Virus record (IMG/VR): IMGVR_UViG_3300047462_000344 | Span: 1-64,000 of that record | DNA length: 64,000 bases | Direction: 5' to 3' (one strand) | Source: a virus | In this document: positions 52,701 to 61,700 of the stretch, one piece after another | Position numbering within the stretch: position 1 is the first letter of the stretch | Layout of the letters: each line of letters starts with the position of its first letter | Translations under genes and position numbers: made by a program | Notes under the pieces: model-generated | The model's input: the letters and a program-made list of their open reading frames with translations, nothing else | Database searches by the model: none | What the model was told of the DNA's origin: nothing

Positions 52701-55700
52701 GTGGTTGCCGGTGCAAACGATCGACGAACCATCCCCGAGCGTAACGCGCACCAGGTCGCGCGGGGCGCGGACCTGGAGGTCCAACACTCGGCTCATCACA
52801 ATCTTGCCCGTGGCGTGATCGAATGCGCGCACCAGGTCGCCGGGCCGATATGACTCGATCGGCTTTCCGTCCACCAAAGTCCCGGCGGGAAAGCAATGCC
52901 CCTCATCAACTATAAGCATGTCGATGCCGAGGTCTTCAAAGTAAACTGTGCCCTCTTTCTTGGTAAACTCGCGCGCCGCCTCCTTCTGGTCATGGCTTGA
53001 CTTGGCCTTGTTCAGCGCCTTGTCTTTCATGCCCCTCAGTTTCTCGGCGCGGCGGTTCCAGAATTCATCATCCTGCATCGCCTGCTTGCGTGCCGGGTCG
53101 ATGTCCAGGTCGTTCCAGCTTGGCTGGCTGATCAGAATGAAATCATAGTCATTCTGTTGCATGAGGTGATATTTACGCCGGCGCGTCGCCTCATCATCTG
53201 CCTTGGGGATGGGCCGGTTCCGGGCGTCCAGTTTCAGCGTGCCGTCGGCATTGGTCTGGTAGGATTCCCCGATGACGAGCACTTTCGAGCCTGGGAACCA
53301 GAACTCGCACTCGCTCATCCAGTTTGCGAGCACCGATTTCGGCACGACGAAGGTGGGTTTTGTGGCTTGGCCTGTCGCTTTGGCGAGACGGGCCAGCATT
53401 AACGACCTGCCGGTTTTGCCGAGCCCAACATCAGCCGCAATGATCCCTTTGCCCTGCTCCAGCGCCCAGCGAATGCCGGCGTAGTGGTAGCCATTGATGT
53501 CCAGGGTCGGGTTCAGGCCCGGTATCTGGATCGGCGCCTCGGAATAGACCCGGCCGCGGAAGCCGCGATAGGTGCGGTTGTACCGTTCTTCCACCTCATC
53601 ACGATATTCCGACCCGAGCAGCCACGCCCTGAATTTCTCGTTCAGGGCATCGACCGCGTCCTTGTCCTTTTTTCGCACGCCGGTCCGGTTGAGGTACCGT
53701 TCGATCAGGTCGATATCGTGATCGCGGAACCATGAATTGCCGGCGCCACGCGGCGGCTTGGTCTGGAATTCATAGACCCCGTCATCGACGGTCACCACGG
53801 CCGGCACCATCTTATGGGCCGAAAACACACCGCCCCGCGGCTTGTTGTAATCCGCCGCCTTCGCGGCCAGCCAGGCGGTGAGCAGTTCCGGCGTGATGAA
53901 GCCGGAACTCATCACGATTTCCACATCCTCCAGGGATTGCGGCGCGATCGCGGCTTCCAGCGCGGCAGCCTGTGCCGCGTATTTGGCCTGGTATGGCGCG
54001 GCCACGGATTCCGATTTCGACGCGGCCGTGGCGGCGTCATATTTCGCCCACATGTCGCCGGCGATGTAATTATCCAGCGTCGTCCAGGTCGTTCCGTCCG
54101 CTTCCACGGCATAATCGGGCGAAGCGATGAGATGGTCCAGCACGTCAGCCCGGGACTTGCCCGAGGCGCCGGCGAGCTGGTCCGCGTCGAAGGCGCCGAG
54201 TTCGTTGGCCAGCTTTTCCGCCACCGTATCCAGGCCGGCCTCGGCGCGTTGGGCGAGCCGCCCCGTGATCAGGTCGGAATACGTGCCATCGTCATTGACG
54301 GCGCCGAGCATCCGCGCCGTCCTGTGCCGCGCCTCGGTGACCCGGGCAGCGTGATCCTCCGCGGAGGCGCCGGACTGCATGGGCAGGGACGGCGCCTTGA
54401 GCCATGCCGCCAAATCCTTGTTGCGGGACGGCACGCCATGCAGCGTGATGTACTGGTCCAGCGCCTCCGCGACTTGGGCCCGGACCAGGCGCGGATCGTT
54501 GGCGCGGCCGTCGCGCAGTTCGTCGAGCATGTCGGCAATGGCCTGGGCATCGTGCACGGCCGCCGGCACGCCGACCTGGGCGAGATGCCAGCGCGGCGGC
54601 TCCCCGGTCAGGACGTAGCGCACCCCGTCCACCGTCTTCACGTCCCCTACCCGGGCGACGTGATAGGGCGGTTTCAGCGCGGCATTCAGCGCCCGCTTTT
54701 TCCCGTCCGCGTCCAGCACGCCCATGATATCGGCCATGGCGGGGCCGCGCAGCGCGAGAGCGTCATCGGCCGGCCGCCAGGCGGACAGCGCGGCCGGGAT
54801 ACCCTGCATCGACCCGGTCACCGTGATGTCGTCGCCCATGCCAGCCTTGGCGCGCCAGCCCGGCTCCAGGGTGCCCATCACGCCAGGCGTGCCCGGCCCA
54901 TCCGTCATGTAGGTCCCGGCCACCACGGCGCTATCCAGCACGCCCACGGCCTTGAGTTGCGCCTGGTTCAGCGTGCCCAGCGCCCCTGCCACCTCTTGCG
55001 GCCGCTTCCGCAGGATCAGGATATCCGACGTCACGCCGGTGTTTGACGCGGCAAAAGCGGTGTTGGGCAGCCGGTGGCAAGACACGAGTTGCGCCTTGCA
55101 CAGCATGTCCCGCCGGAACGCCGCGCCGTTTTTGGAATCCATCACGCCGGTGGGCACGATCAGGGCGAGCAGGCCTCCGTCTCGGAGCTTGTCGAGACCC
55201 GTATCGACGAAATACCGCTCCGCCGTGGTGATGTCCTTCTTGTCGTCGCGCAGGAATCCGCCGCGCACCCCGAACGGCACGTTGCCGATCACGGCATCGA
55301 ACAGCCTTCCATCCTGCGTCGCGAACCGCTCCAGGCTGGAATTCTGCACGGCATGGCCGGCCCCGGTGTGAAGGATGTTGGCGATGCGGGCCGACACCGC
55401 ATCCAGTTCCACGGCCTGGACATGGGCGCCGGCCGGCGCGGTATGCAGGAACACCCCCGTCCCCGCCGAAGGCTCCAGCACGTCGCCGCCGCGAAATCCG
55501 CACGCGGCCAGCATGTCCCACATCGAGGCAGCGACCGCAGGGTCCGTGTAGAATTCATTCAGCGACGCGCCGCACCCGCCATTGCCCGAATACCGCGCCA
55601 GCACGGCCCGGTCCGCGTCCGTCATCTCGGCGTCGGTTTTCGCCTCCAGCAGCGCCAGCGCCGCCTCGTTTGCCGCGATCCTGGCCCGTTTGATGGCGGC

Positions 55701-56588
55701 ATCGCCCAGGCCGGCCACGTCAGGCCCCCACGGCAGCGTGGCGGCGGAGGTGCGCGCGGCATGCTGGTCGGCAGCGGCGCCGAGGTCGCCCAGATCAGCT
55801 GCGGCTGGTGCCGGTGCAGGCGGCTTACCGCCGGCATTCACCCATGCCGCAGCGTTGGCCAGCGCCTTGCGCGGATTGGCCCACCAACTCACCGTGCCGC
55901 CATCATTCGTGGCGGCACGAAGCGCGCTCCCCATGGCGGCGCGCACCTTGGGCTTCGTGATGCCGAAAAGCCGCTGGACCACGGGCGAGAGGTAGGAGAA
56001 CTCGCTGGACTTGCCGACGCGCAGATCGAGGTGGCGCAGATCGGCGTCGGTTATTTCCTCTCCGCCAAGCAGTTTTGCCGCTATCTCCTTGTCCCGCGCC
56101 TCTCTTGCCACCTTGGCGGCAGCCTCTTCGCCGCGGCGCTGGAACAGGTCCCGGCCGGCCGCAACGGCTTGTGCCTGGGTGTCGAAAAGGTTCGTGGTGT
56201 CGAAAGGCCCCGAACCAATCCTGACGCGCCACTTCCCGCGACCAAGCGGGCCCCGCCCCTCCTCCAGCACCGCGTCATCGGGAAGCCCGGCAAGGAGCGG
56301 GGCGGAGGCTTGTTCATGTGGTGGAGAAATGTGGGGGGCTGGGGCTGGCGCGGGCACCACCTCGGCCGGCCGCACCGGGGCGTCATGCCGCGGCGCGAAC
56401 AGGTCCCCGCCGAACAGCACATGCTGCGCGGGCTGATCGTGCCGCTTTTTCCGGGTCGAGACGTGCGGCGCCACATACTGGCCGTGCGACGTCACATACC
56501 CTTTGACCTGGACGGGCTCGGCGAACAGGTCCGCCGCCGCCCCGCCGGGCAGCGCCGCCTTGACGAACAGGATGCGCGGGTCAGCCAC
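49776..56588 (-). CDS. Giant (2270 aa) N6-adenine-MTase + SNF2/DExH helicase protein, P1 DarB-like / polyvalent protein; contains an intein
   Basis: GTG 56588 overlaps the upstream TAG. MTase motif I VLEPSAGTGVF and motif IV IGNVPFG. Helicase motif I AADVGLGKTG, motif II LIVDEGH/CYKN (split by the intein), motif VI QQRNGRAVRQGN. Confidence 0.9.
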   Translation of the reverse strand: MADPRILFVKAALPGGAAADLFAEPVQVKGYVTSHGQYVAPHVSTRKKRHDQPAQHVLFGGDLFAPRHDAPVRPAEVVPAPAPAPHISPPHEQASAPLLAGLPDDAVLEEGRGPLGRGKWRVRIGSGPFDTTNLFDTQAQAVAAGRDLFQRRGEEAAAKVAREARDKEIAAKLLGGEEITDADLRHLDLRVGKSSEFSYLSPVVQRLFGITKPKVRAAMGSALRAATNDGGTVSWWANPRKALANAAAWVNAGGKPPAPAPAAADLGDLGAAADQHAARTSAATLPWGPDVAGLGDAAIKRARIAANEAALALLEAKTDAEMTDADRAVLARYSGNGGCGASLNEFYTDPAVAASMWDMLAACGFRGGDVLEPSAGTGVFLHTAPAGAHVQAVELDAVSARIANILHTGAGHAVQNSSLERFATQDGRLFDAVIGNVPFGVRGGFLRDDKKDITTAERYFVDTGLDKLRDGGLLALIVPTGVMDSKNGAAFRRDMLCKAQLVSCHRLPNTAFAASNTGVTSDILILRKRPQEVAGALGTLNQAQLKAVGVLDSAVVAGTYMTDGPGTPGVMGTLEPGWRAKAGMGDDITVTGSMQGIPAALSAWRPADDALALRGPAMADIMGVLDADGKKRALNAALKPPYHVARVGDVKTVDGVRYVLTGEPPRWHLAQVGVPAAVHDAQAIADMLDELRDGRANDPRLVRAQVAEALDQYITLHGVPSRNKDLAAWLKAPSLPMQSGASAEDHAARVTEARHRTARMLGAVNDDGTYSDLITGRLAQRAEAGLDTVAEKLANELGAFDADQLAGASGKSRADVLDHLIASPDYAVEADGTTWTTLDNYIAGDMWAKYDAATAASKSESVAAPYQAKYAAQAAALEAAIAPQSLEDVEIVMSSGFITPELLTAWLAAKAADYNKPRGGVFSAHKMVPAVVTVDDGVYEFQTKPPRGAGNSWFRDHDIDLIERYLNRTGVRKKDKDAVDALNEKFRAWLLGSEYRDEVEERYNRTYRGFRGRVYSEAPIQIPGLNPTLDINGYHYAGIRWALEQGKGIIAADVGLGKTGRSLMLARLAKATGQATKPTFVVPKSVLANWMSECEFWFPGSKVLVIGESYQTNADGTLKLDARNRPIPKADDEATRRRKYHLMQQNDYDFILISQPSWNDLDIDPARKQAMQDDEFWNRRAEKLRGMKDKALNKAKSSHDQKEAAREFTKKEGTVYFEDLGIDMLIVDEGHCFPAGTLVDGKPIESYRPGDLVRAFDHATGKIVMSRVLDLQVRAPRDLVRVTLGDGSSIVCTGNHPFFTPDGYVYARDLTTEQVVYKNLFGGSLDTGICGADQEGARLPEPLQDRPGTSDLAHRNRSGRKVASITYPAGPGPAEGGFFAAVGVARVEVLEPTGDGTFGGLCRGGVVYNIGVETHHNYLAEGVLVHNCYKNLFSAKNRFGESPKFLGGSGQSNRAIDTYYKTRVLREAHDGRGVFMLTATPTKNSPLEVYSMLAHIAPEAFEKLGIRDAEAFLDRFCTFELAKVYGTNGEFKEQLITSGFKNLGELREIMRRYIDRKTAEDVGLKLPDRNDVQHVIDMSPEQEAVYEGLRKRAEQVGRPGSDGGGEDHIFSIISDMGKASIDLGLLDPRHAKAKSPKIEAAADAMKAGLAEGGQVVFCDTVPVHEKIAAACVARGIPRGRIAIINGDTCKSSDARQAICERFNAGDIDVVIGGAAMEEGLNLQKRTADLHHLDLPWNQGGLQQRNGRAVRQGNKKASIRVHTYLARGSFDAVRYQTIMGKKDWSDLLWNGGDRVENQAADAKLSREEQMIMLSKDPVAARAAFDADRTAAELKMTAEERGKAVREFERMAEMRRSLAQLAEHAAKREGGYSAAADKTKRRLEAHIGRIEVGLRANPYFLGKNLIDGKTPALFCPTTGQPWAVGQGIELAGGAGGPVHWGPDPTKWVVTGIDPVKQALKVRMFGAPHTTLDFDLADMKAGVKPVEHSDEAEAAYVAERKEAEAARRGAAVKLAEEGIAAKAANAKTWQDLHNAPLAVVEAAEPDIQARMKAAILDHSAGYMTHVPLVHKESGAASIHHSWDVRDRLGDHDLMLPTTANREKMLDAYVRHGLGRLVSTNTLSQSRKGYRKPGMDGVYPGFSGHSESANQWAHPIRHFFGADGAKEAEQRLQSAVVDNIAAAPDFGAAMRAAQPTANLTMTYQRWPPPVLAALHAAAARAGVLGMPMKEAAPPDGTYKAALHPDLVGDDIDRRKTVGEWLRGHGYTAPAEAAA
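52308..52895 (-). mobile_element. Intein (196 codons) in helicase motif II
   Basis: Starts with Cys at CFPAGTLVDG (block A). TGNHPFF (block B). VVYNIGVETHHNYLAEGVLVHN (blocks F/G), followed by the +1 extein Cys. Excision restores DEGH-CYKN. Confidence 0.8.
52352..52600 (-). CDS. Vsr-like PD-(D/E)XK (DUF559-type) endonuclease ORF in the +1 frame inside the intein
   Basis: GTG 52600. ...HYKIDLAHPTLRIAIEVDGKSHQSPIRRDQDQRKEDFLRQSGWRVLRFSNQRVTEHLADCV. The frame is open and homologous-looking from 52657 (..TYSEVLWIPEF..). Confidence 0.6.
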   Translation of the reverse strand: MVRTRKAPGCPNHYKIDLAHPTLRIAIEVDGKSHQSPIRRDQDQRKEDFLRQSGWRVLRFSNQRVTEHLADCVAAASSIISA

Positions 56589-57619
56589 TATGCCGCGCCG
56601 ATTGCGGCCACCACGTCAGGCCAAGCCGTCACGTCGCTATCGTGCAGCTCGCCGTAGGCGGCGCCGGCCGCCGCAGCCTGCTCCAAGGCGAGTTGGAATG
56701 TCGCCGCCGTGCCAGGCACCGGGTCAGTGTGTGTCCCCGAGCAGAACTGCCCGCCCCAGGTATTGGTCTGCACGCCGAGGACGCAGCCTTCCGCAACAGC
56801 ATCCATGAAGAATGACGGTATGCCAACGGTGGACAGGCTGACGAACTGTGCCCTGACCCGGGCGCCAAACAATTCCGCCGCGCCACTATAATAGCCAAGC
56901 AACAGTCCCTCGCCCGCCTCCCCGCCGGCGTCGAGCACATCCCCGTTATTATCCACCCAGGGTAGCGTTGTCTTGGTCCCCAGCGGCGCAATCTCCAGTA
57001 TGCAATCCGGGGGCAACACGGCAGCAACCGCCTGCAGGAACCCGAACCATGCCGACTGCACCGCGTCAGGCAGATACCCAGCATCTGCCCAGGCTTGGGC
57101 ATTCTGGGTTTGCGGCTTGTTGTTCACCATCCAAGGAATCGTCATTTCACAGTCGATGCCGTGGAACAGGCTCGCCACGAAGCCAGTAATGGTCAGGGCT
57201 GGGTATTTGGCCTGGATGTGACCCACCATTTCGGCGACTGCAGCGACATACGCGGCCTGGAACCGAGAATCCCATGGCACAGGCACTGCGACGCGCGTCG
57301 CGGCTCCGCCGACCTTCACGTTCACATCAACATCCACGGCGGGCACGCCGGCTTGACTGACCAGCCAGGCAGGGCAGTTCAGCCCGGCGGTCAGCACCAG
57401 GGTCAGTCCGTGCCCGCCGGGGATCAGCGCCAACGTCTCATCCAGGCCAGAAAAGTCGTAAACACCCGGCGCCGGCGCCACATCCTTCCAGAGCGTGCCA
57501 TGCAGCATAACGCCGCTGATCCCGGCCGCCGAGAACAGTGCGGCAGCGTTGGCATTTTGCTTGGCGACGTGGTTGGGGTCGCCGGGCGTCATTTCCGGCT
57601 GCATCACGTAGAGTTTCAT
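56588..57619 (-). CDS. Putative TIM-barrel glycoside hydrolase
   Basis: 343 aa. ...LHGTLWKDVAPAPGVYDFSGLDETL... resembles the W-x-x-h-x-P-x-x-G-x-YDF-x-x-LD signature of GH42/GH35-like enzymes. AGGAG SD. Confidence 0.5.
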   Translation of the reverse strand: MKLYVMQPEMTPGDPNHVAKQNANAAALFSAAGISGVMLHGTLWKDVAPAPGVYDFSGLDETLALIPGGHGLTLVLTAGLNCPAWLVSQAGVPAVDVDVNVKVGGAATRVAVPVPWDSRFQAAYVAAVAEMVGHIQAKYPALTITGFVASLFHGIDCEMTIPWMVNNKPQTQNAQAWADAGYLPDAVQSAWFGFLQAVAAVLPPDCILEIAPLGTKTTLPWVDNNGDVLDAGGEAGEGLLLGYYSGAAELFGARVRAQFVSLSTVGIPSFFMDAVAEGCVLGVQTNTWGGQFCSGTHTDPVPGTAATFQLALEQAAAAGAAYGELHDSDVTAWPDVVAAIGAA

Positions 57620-57628
57620 TTCATACTC

Positions 57629-58696
57629 CTATTTAGATAGGATGGTTACGGAAACGGTGTTCGCCGACGCGATCGTGGTCGTATCGGTATCGGCAAAGCT
57701 GCCCGCCGTCACGTCGAAGGCGATGCCGGTGCCCATGACGATGCCGACATCATTCGAGTAAGTTACCGTGCCGCCGGCCGGGACGGGCACCGTCGCAACG
57801 ATGCCGGTTGAGCTCCCCACGGTGGGCGCGGCGGATAGATTGTAGAGGCGGAAATAGACCGTGGCGGAGCCGCCATTCGACACGACCCAGCCATAGACTT
57901 GGCCCGCGCTGGACTTGACCAGCGTCGCCATTGCGCTGGATGCCGTATTGGTTGTCCGGGATTGCGACGCGCCAGAGGATGATGCCGCAACAATCGACAC
58001 CGCCTGCGTCCCGCCATTGGCATGGGTGTACAAGATGCAGTTCGCGTCACAGGCCAGCGCGCCGGCCTGACCGGTGGTGAGGGTATTCAGGGTGGAATTA
58101 TATACCGCGCCGATCACGCCCATTTGTCCCGGCGCAGCCGCGGGCGCGATCGTGCCAAGATTCGACGCCGTCACGGTCGTCGTGCCGGAAATGCTCAGCG
58201 TGCCGCTCACCGGCTGCACCGCCTGATAGGCCCCGGTCACCGCTATCGTCCCGCCGGCAGACAGCGCCACGGTCGGCGTGCCAGTCAGGGAGGTCAGCAC
58301 CGTGCCGCCCACGCTGGATACAGCCACAGTGCCGCCCGAGGACAGTGCGACCGTTGGCGTACCACCGATGCTCAACGTGCCCCCGACCGGCAGGGGGTTT
58401 GCGGCGCTCACACCCAGCAACGTACCGCCAGCGTTACTGAAGCCGAGATAATCAGCCGCCGCCGGCACGGCGGACCCTGTGTTGCTCGCCGCGGCGTTGC
58501 TCCCACCGCCACCGCTACCACCACCACCGACCTGGACATTGACGTTCAGGTTGCCGGAACTATCCAGCTCCAAGGGCGAATAAGACCCGTCAGGATTGAT
58601 CGCCAGCGCAACCTTCCACCCATAGCCCTGCGGCTCAGGGTTCTGGGTGGCGGAGATTGCGGTCCCGAGCGGGACCAAGTATTTCTGCGCGGCCAT
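57629..58696 (-). CDS. Repeat-containing fibre/receptor-binding-like protein
   Basis: 355 aa. Gly run, then reiterated GGT(L/V)xxSxxGTPTVALSxGGTxAV units. GAGGA SD. Confidence 0.6.
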   Translation of the reverse strand: MAAQKYLVPLGTAISATQNPEPQGYGWKVALAINPDGSYSPLELDSSGNLNVNVQVGGGGSGGGGSNAAASNTGSAVPAAADYLGFSNAGGTLLGVSAANPLPVGGTLSIGGTPTVALSSGGTVAVSSVGGTVLTSLTGTPTVALSAGGTIAVTGAYQAVQPVSGTLSISGTTTVTASNLGTIAPAAAPGQMGVIGAVYNSTLNTLTTGQAGALACDANCILYTHANGGTQAVSIVAASSSGASQSRTTNTASSAMATLVKSSAGQVYGWVVSNGGSATVYFRLYNLSAAPTVGSSTGIVATVPVPAGGTVTYSNDVGIVMGTGIAFDVTAGSFADTDTTTIASANTVSVTILSK

Positions 58697-58736
58697 GTCA
58701 GAGCGTCCTCACGTTGCTAGAGCGTTATCATGCTGG

Positions 58737-61700
58737 TTACGGTGTCGTCCAGACCGGCGAGGCGAGCGTACCCGTATTGCGGTAAATCGCGCCGTTCGCC
58801 GTATTCACGTATTGCGACCCGACACCCGCCTGCCCGGCCCCGGTGCCGCCCGTGCCGTTCGTTGGCGCCCCGCTGCCATCAATCGTGCAGAGTCCGCGGG
58901 ACCGGATTCGGGTCTGATGATACGTGTCCTGCACGTCGCACTCGCAGGGCAGCGCAGCCCCACTGGTGCGGGTCACGATGGCGCTTTGTATCGCCACGCC
59001 ATCAATCACCAACAGCGTGTCCAGGCTGCCCTTCAGCACGCACCCAGGGTCCACATTCACGCCCAGCGAATACAGCGCCGAGGCGGGCAGCAGAGAAGCC
59101 GCCGGGCCGCCGGCGGAAGCGGGGTATTGCGAATAGTTGCTCGCCTGAATATCCAACGTGCAATCCGTCGCGTTCGATATGCTCACCAGGGCGGTCTGTT
59201 GGCTCGCCGAAACGCCGGTCAGCCCCTTGGCGCTGATCGTGCTGGCTGGCAACCCGCCCATATTATGCAGCGTGCCAACCAACCTGCACCCCGTCACGGG
59301 CGCGGTTGTGGAACTGCCATACCCTATCGAAATGGCGCCGGGCAGCGTACTGCCAGTGTATCCCGTATTGCAGGGCGGCAAAGGATTTACGATGTTGCCT
59401 TCCTCAAAAAACGCCCGGAAATTGAAGATGGCGCCGTGCCCCTGATCCAACACAAAAGCCTGGCCGCAGGTGTCTATCACGCAATTCGGGCACTCGATTG
59501 AGCCGAAATACCGCAGCCACGCAAACGTTGCCGTGTCCACGAAATTTAGTTTATTGATCCGTAAGTCCTGGCAGTACACCGCCCACAGCCCCACCCGGCC
59601 GCCCAGTCCACGGACGCTGTCGATCTCGCATTCAAGCCCACTGACCTGCACGTTATAAGTCGGCCCATAGGTGCCGGACCCATAATTGTTCTGCACCGCG
59701 CTATGGATCGTGATGCGCCCCGCAGTGGTGCCGCTCGGCACGCCTACCGATCCCGTTGCGTAAGCGTTGCCGCCAGGGAAATCAGTCTGCCAGGTCGGAA
59801 TCATGCTGGCGCCGCTGCCCGATGCGCCGCCCGTCCCTATGCCGCTCGCCTGCGTCGTCACCAGCAAAGCGTGCGGCACGGCCGGGTCGAACACCCCGAG
59901 TCCGGCCCACTGCGTTTCCTGCAAACCCGCCGCGCCATTATACATATTCGCCGCCGGCGGCAACGAATAGGCGCCCTGAAAGAGCAGGGTCGCCGCCGTA
60001 ATCCCACCCACCCCGTTCACCGCCGTCACGGTAACGAAAATCGCACTGAATGGTGAAGCGTCCGGGTTTGCCAGCAGATAAACCTGGCCCACCGAATACC
60101 CCGTCCCGGCGCTACCGATGGAGGAAATGGCGGTCGCCTGCCAGTTCTTCCCGATCACCAATCCGCTCGTCTTGTAGGTATAGGCGCCGTTAAATCCGCT
60201 CGGATACAGATTCAGGTCAGAAAGGTGCGATTGGGACGCACACACCACCAACGGTAGAAAGTTCGTGCTTGCATTGACCGTGCCGTCGAATATGCCGCTG
60301 ACCAGCGTGCCGCCCTGCGGATTTACATACGGGCTTGGCTTGATCGTGCCAGGCCCGCCCAGCCGAACGAACCGCGGCACGATCAGGGGTTGGCTGATCG
60401 CGTAATTGCCGGCCGGCAGATGAACGTCAAAGAACGTCCGGTTGATGATATTGGCCAAGCCCGTGCCCGCTGCCGCCAGATACATATTCTGCGCATACAG
60501 AAGCAACGCCTGTAGGGCGGCCCAGCAATCCACGTCGTAACTGGTGCCGCCAATTGATGTGGATTGGCCGGGCGCCACGAAATCCGCCGCGCTGAAAACC
60601 CCCATCGCCTTCCATCGGTCGCCTTGCAGCAAACCGCTCCGCGCGCTCGGTGGCGTCGGCACCGCGGCGTGCGGAAAAATCAAGGCACTGCCGGCAATGT
60701 CCCCGAACGCCTGCGACGCCACAAAGTTGGGATGAAAGCTCGGCAATGGCAAAGCCGTGGTGCCCGTCGAAAGACTCACCACATTGCCGTTGTTCCACAG
60801 CTTGTTCGCGGCCGACGTGCCAGGGTTGCTCGTTTGCGCCGCAATCGTGGCGGAATAAACCGCCCCCGTCCCGCCGGCCGCGCCAAGCCACAATTGCGTG
60901 CCCGCCGCCAGATAAAGCTGCGCCTCAGACGTAATCGTGCCGGCCGAGGAGAACGCAACCCCGGTCGAAACGGTCACCGAGGCATAGGCGGGGGCGGGCA
61001 GGGCGCCACTGGACAGCGCGACACTGACCGCCCCACCATTGCTCCAGAGCTGGCTGACCGCCCCACTTCCCGGATTGGAGGTGTTGCCCCCGATCGTGGA
61101 TGAGTAAACCACCGTGCCGCCGATCCAGAGCTGCGTCTGGGGCGACAGGGCCAAGCCACCCGCATTCGTGCCGAGCAGCACCAGATTGCCCACCGTGGCA
61201 TTCTGGAAAACGGGCCACGCCGCTGAATTGGAGAGATTAGTGAACTGGCAAAGCGAACCGCTCACCCCGTCCCCGCCCGCACTCAGATACAGATTGCCGC
61301 CCTGCGTCTGGATCACGCCTGGAACGATCGTGTCCGCCCCCTGGAAATGGATGCCGGGCGGGTTGCTCGCCGCCGCCGGGACCTGCTTCACGTAATTGGC
61401 GGCCGCCTGGATCGACTGCACCCGCGCCAGCACGGTGTTATCCGGGCCCTGCCACACGAAATCCCGCGTCGATGCCAACCCGGACGGGTTGGTCGAGGAG
61501 GCATGGCCGCGCGTGTAGATGCGGTTGCCCGCCGTGATGCCGCTCGCATCGGTGATGGCCGCGCCGCCCGCATCGACATTATCCACGATCAGGCCGACCG
61601 TGCCGTTCGACCCGACGATATTGATGGCCGTGCCGAAATTTTCGAGATGCACGCCGATCAGCGAGCACCCGCTCGAATTATAGGTGGCCTGGAAATTGGC

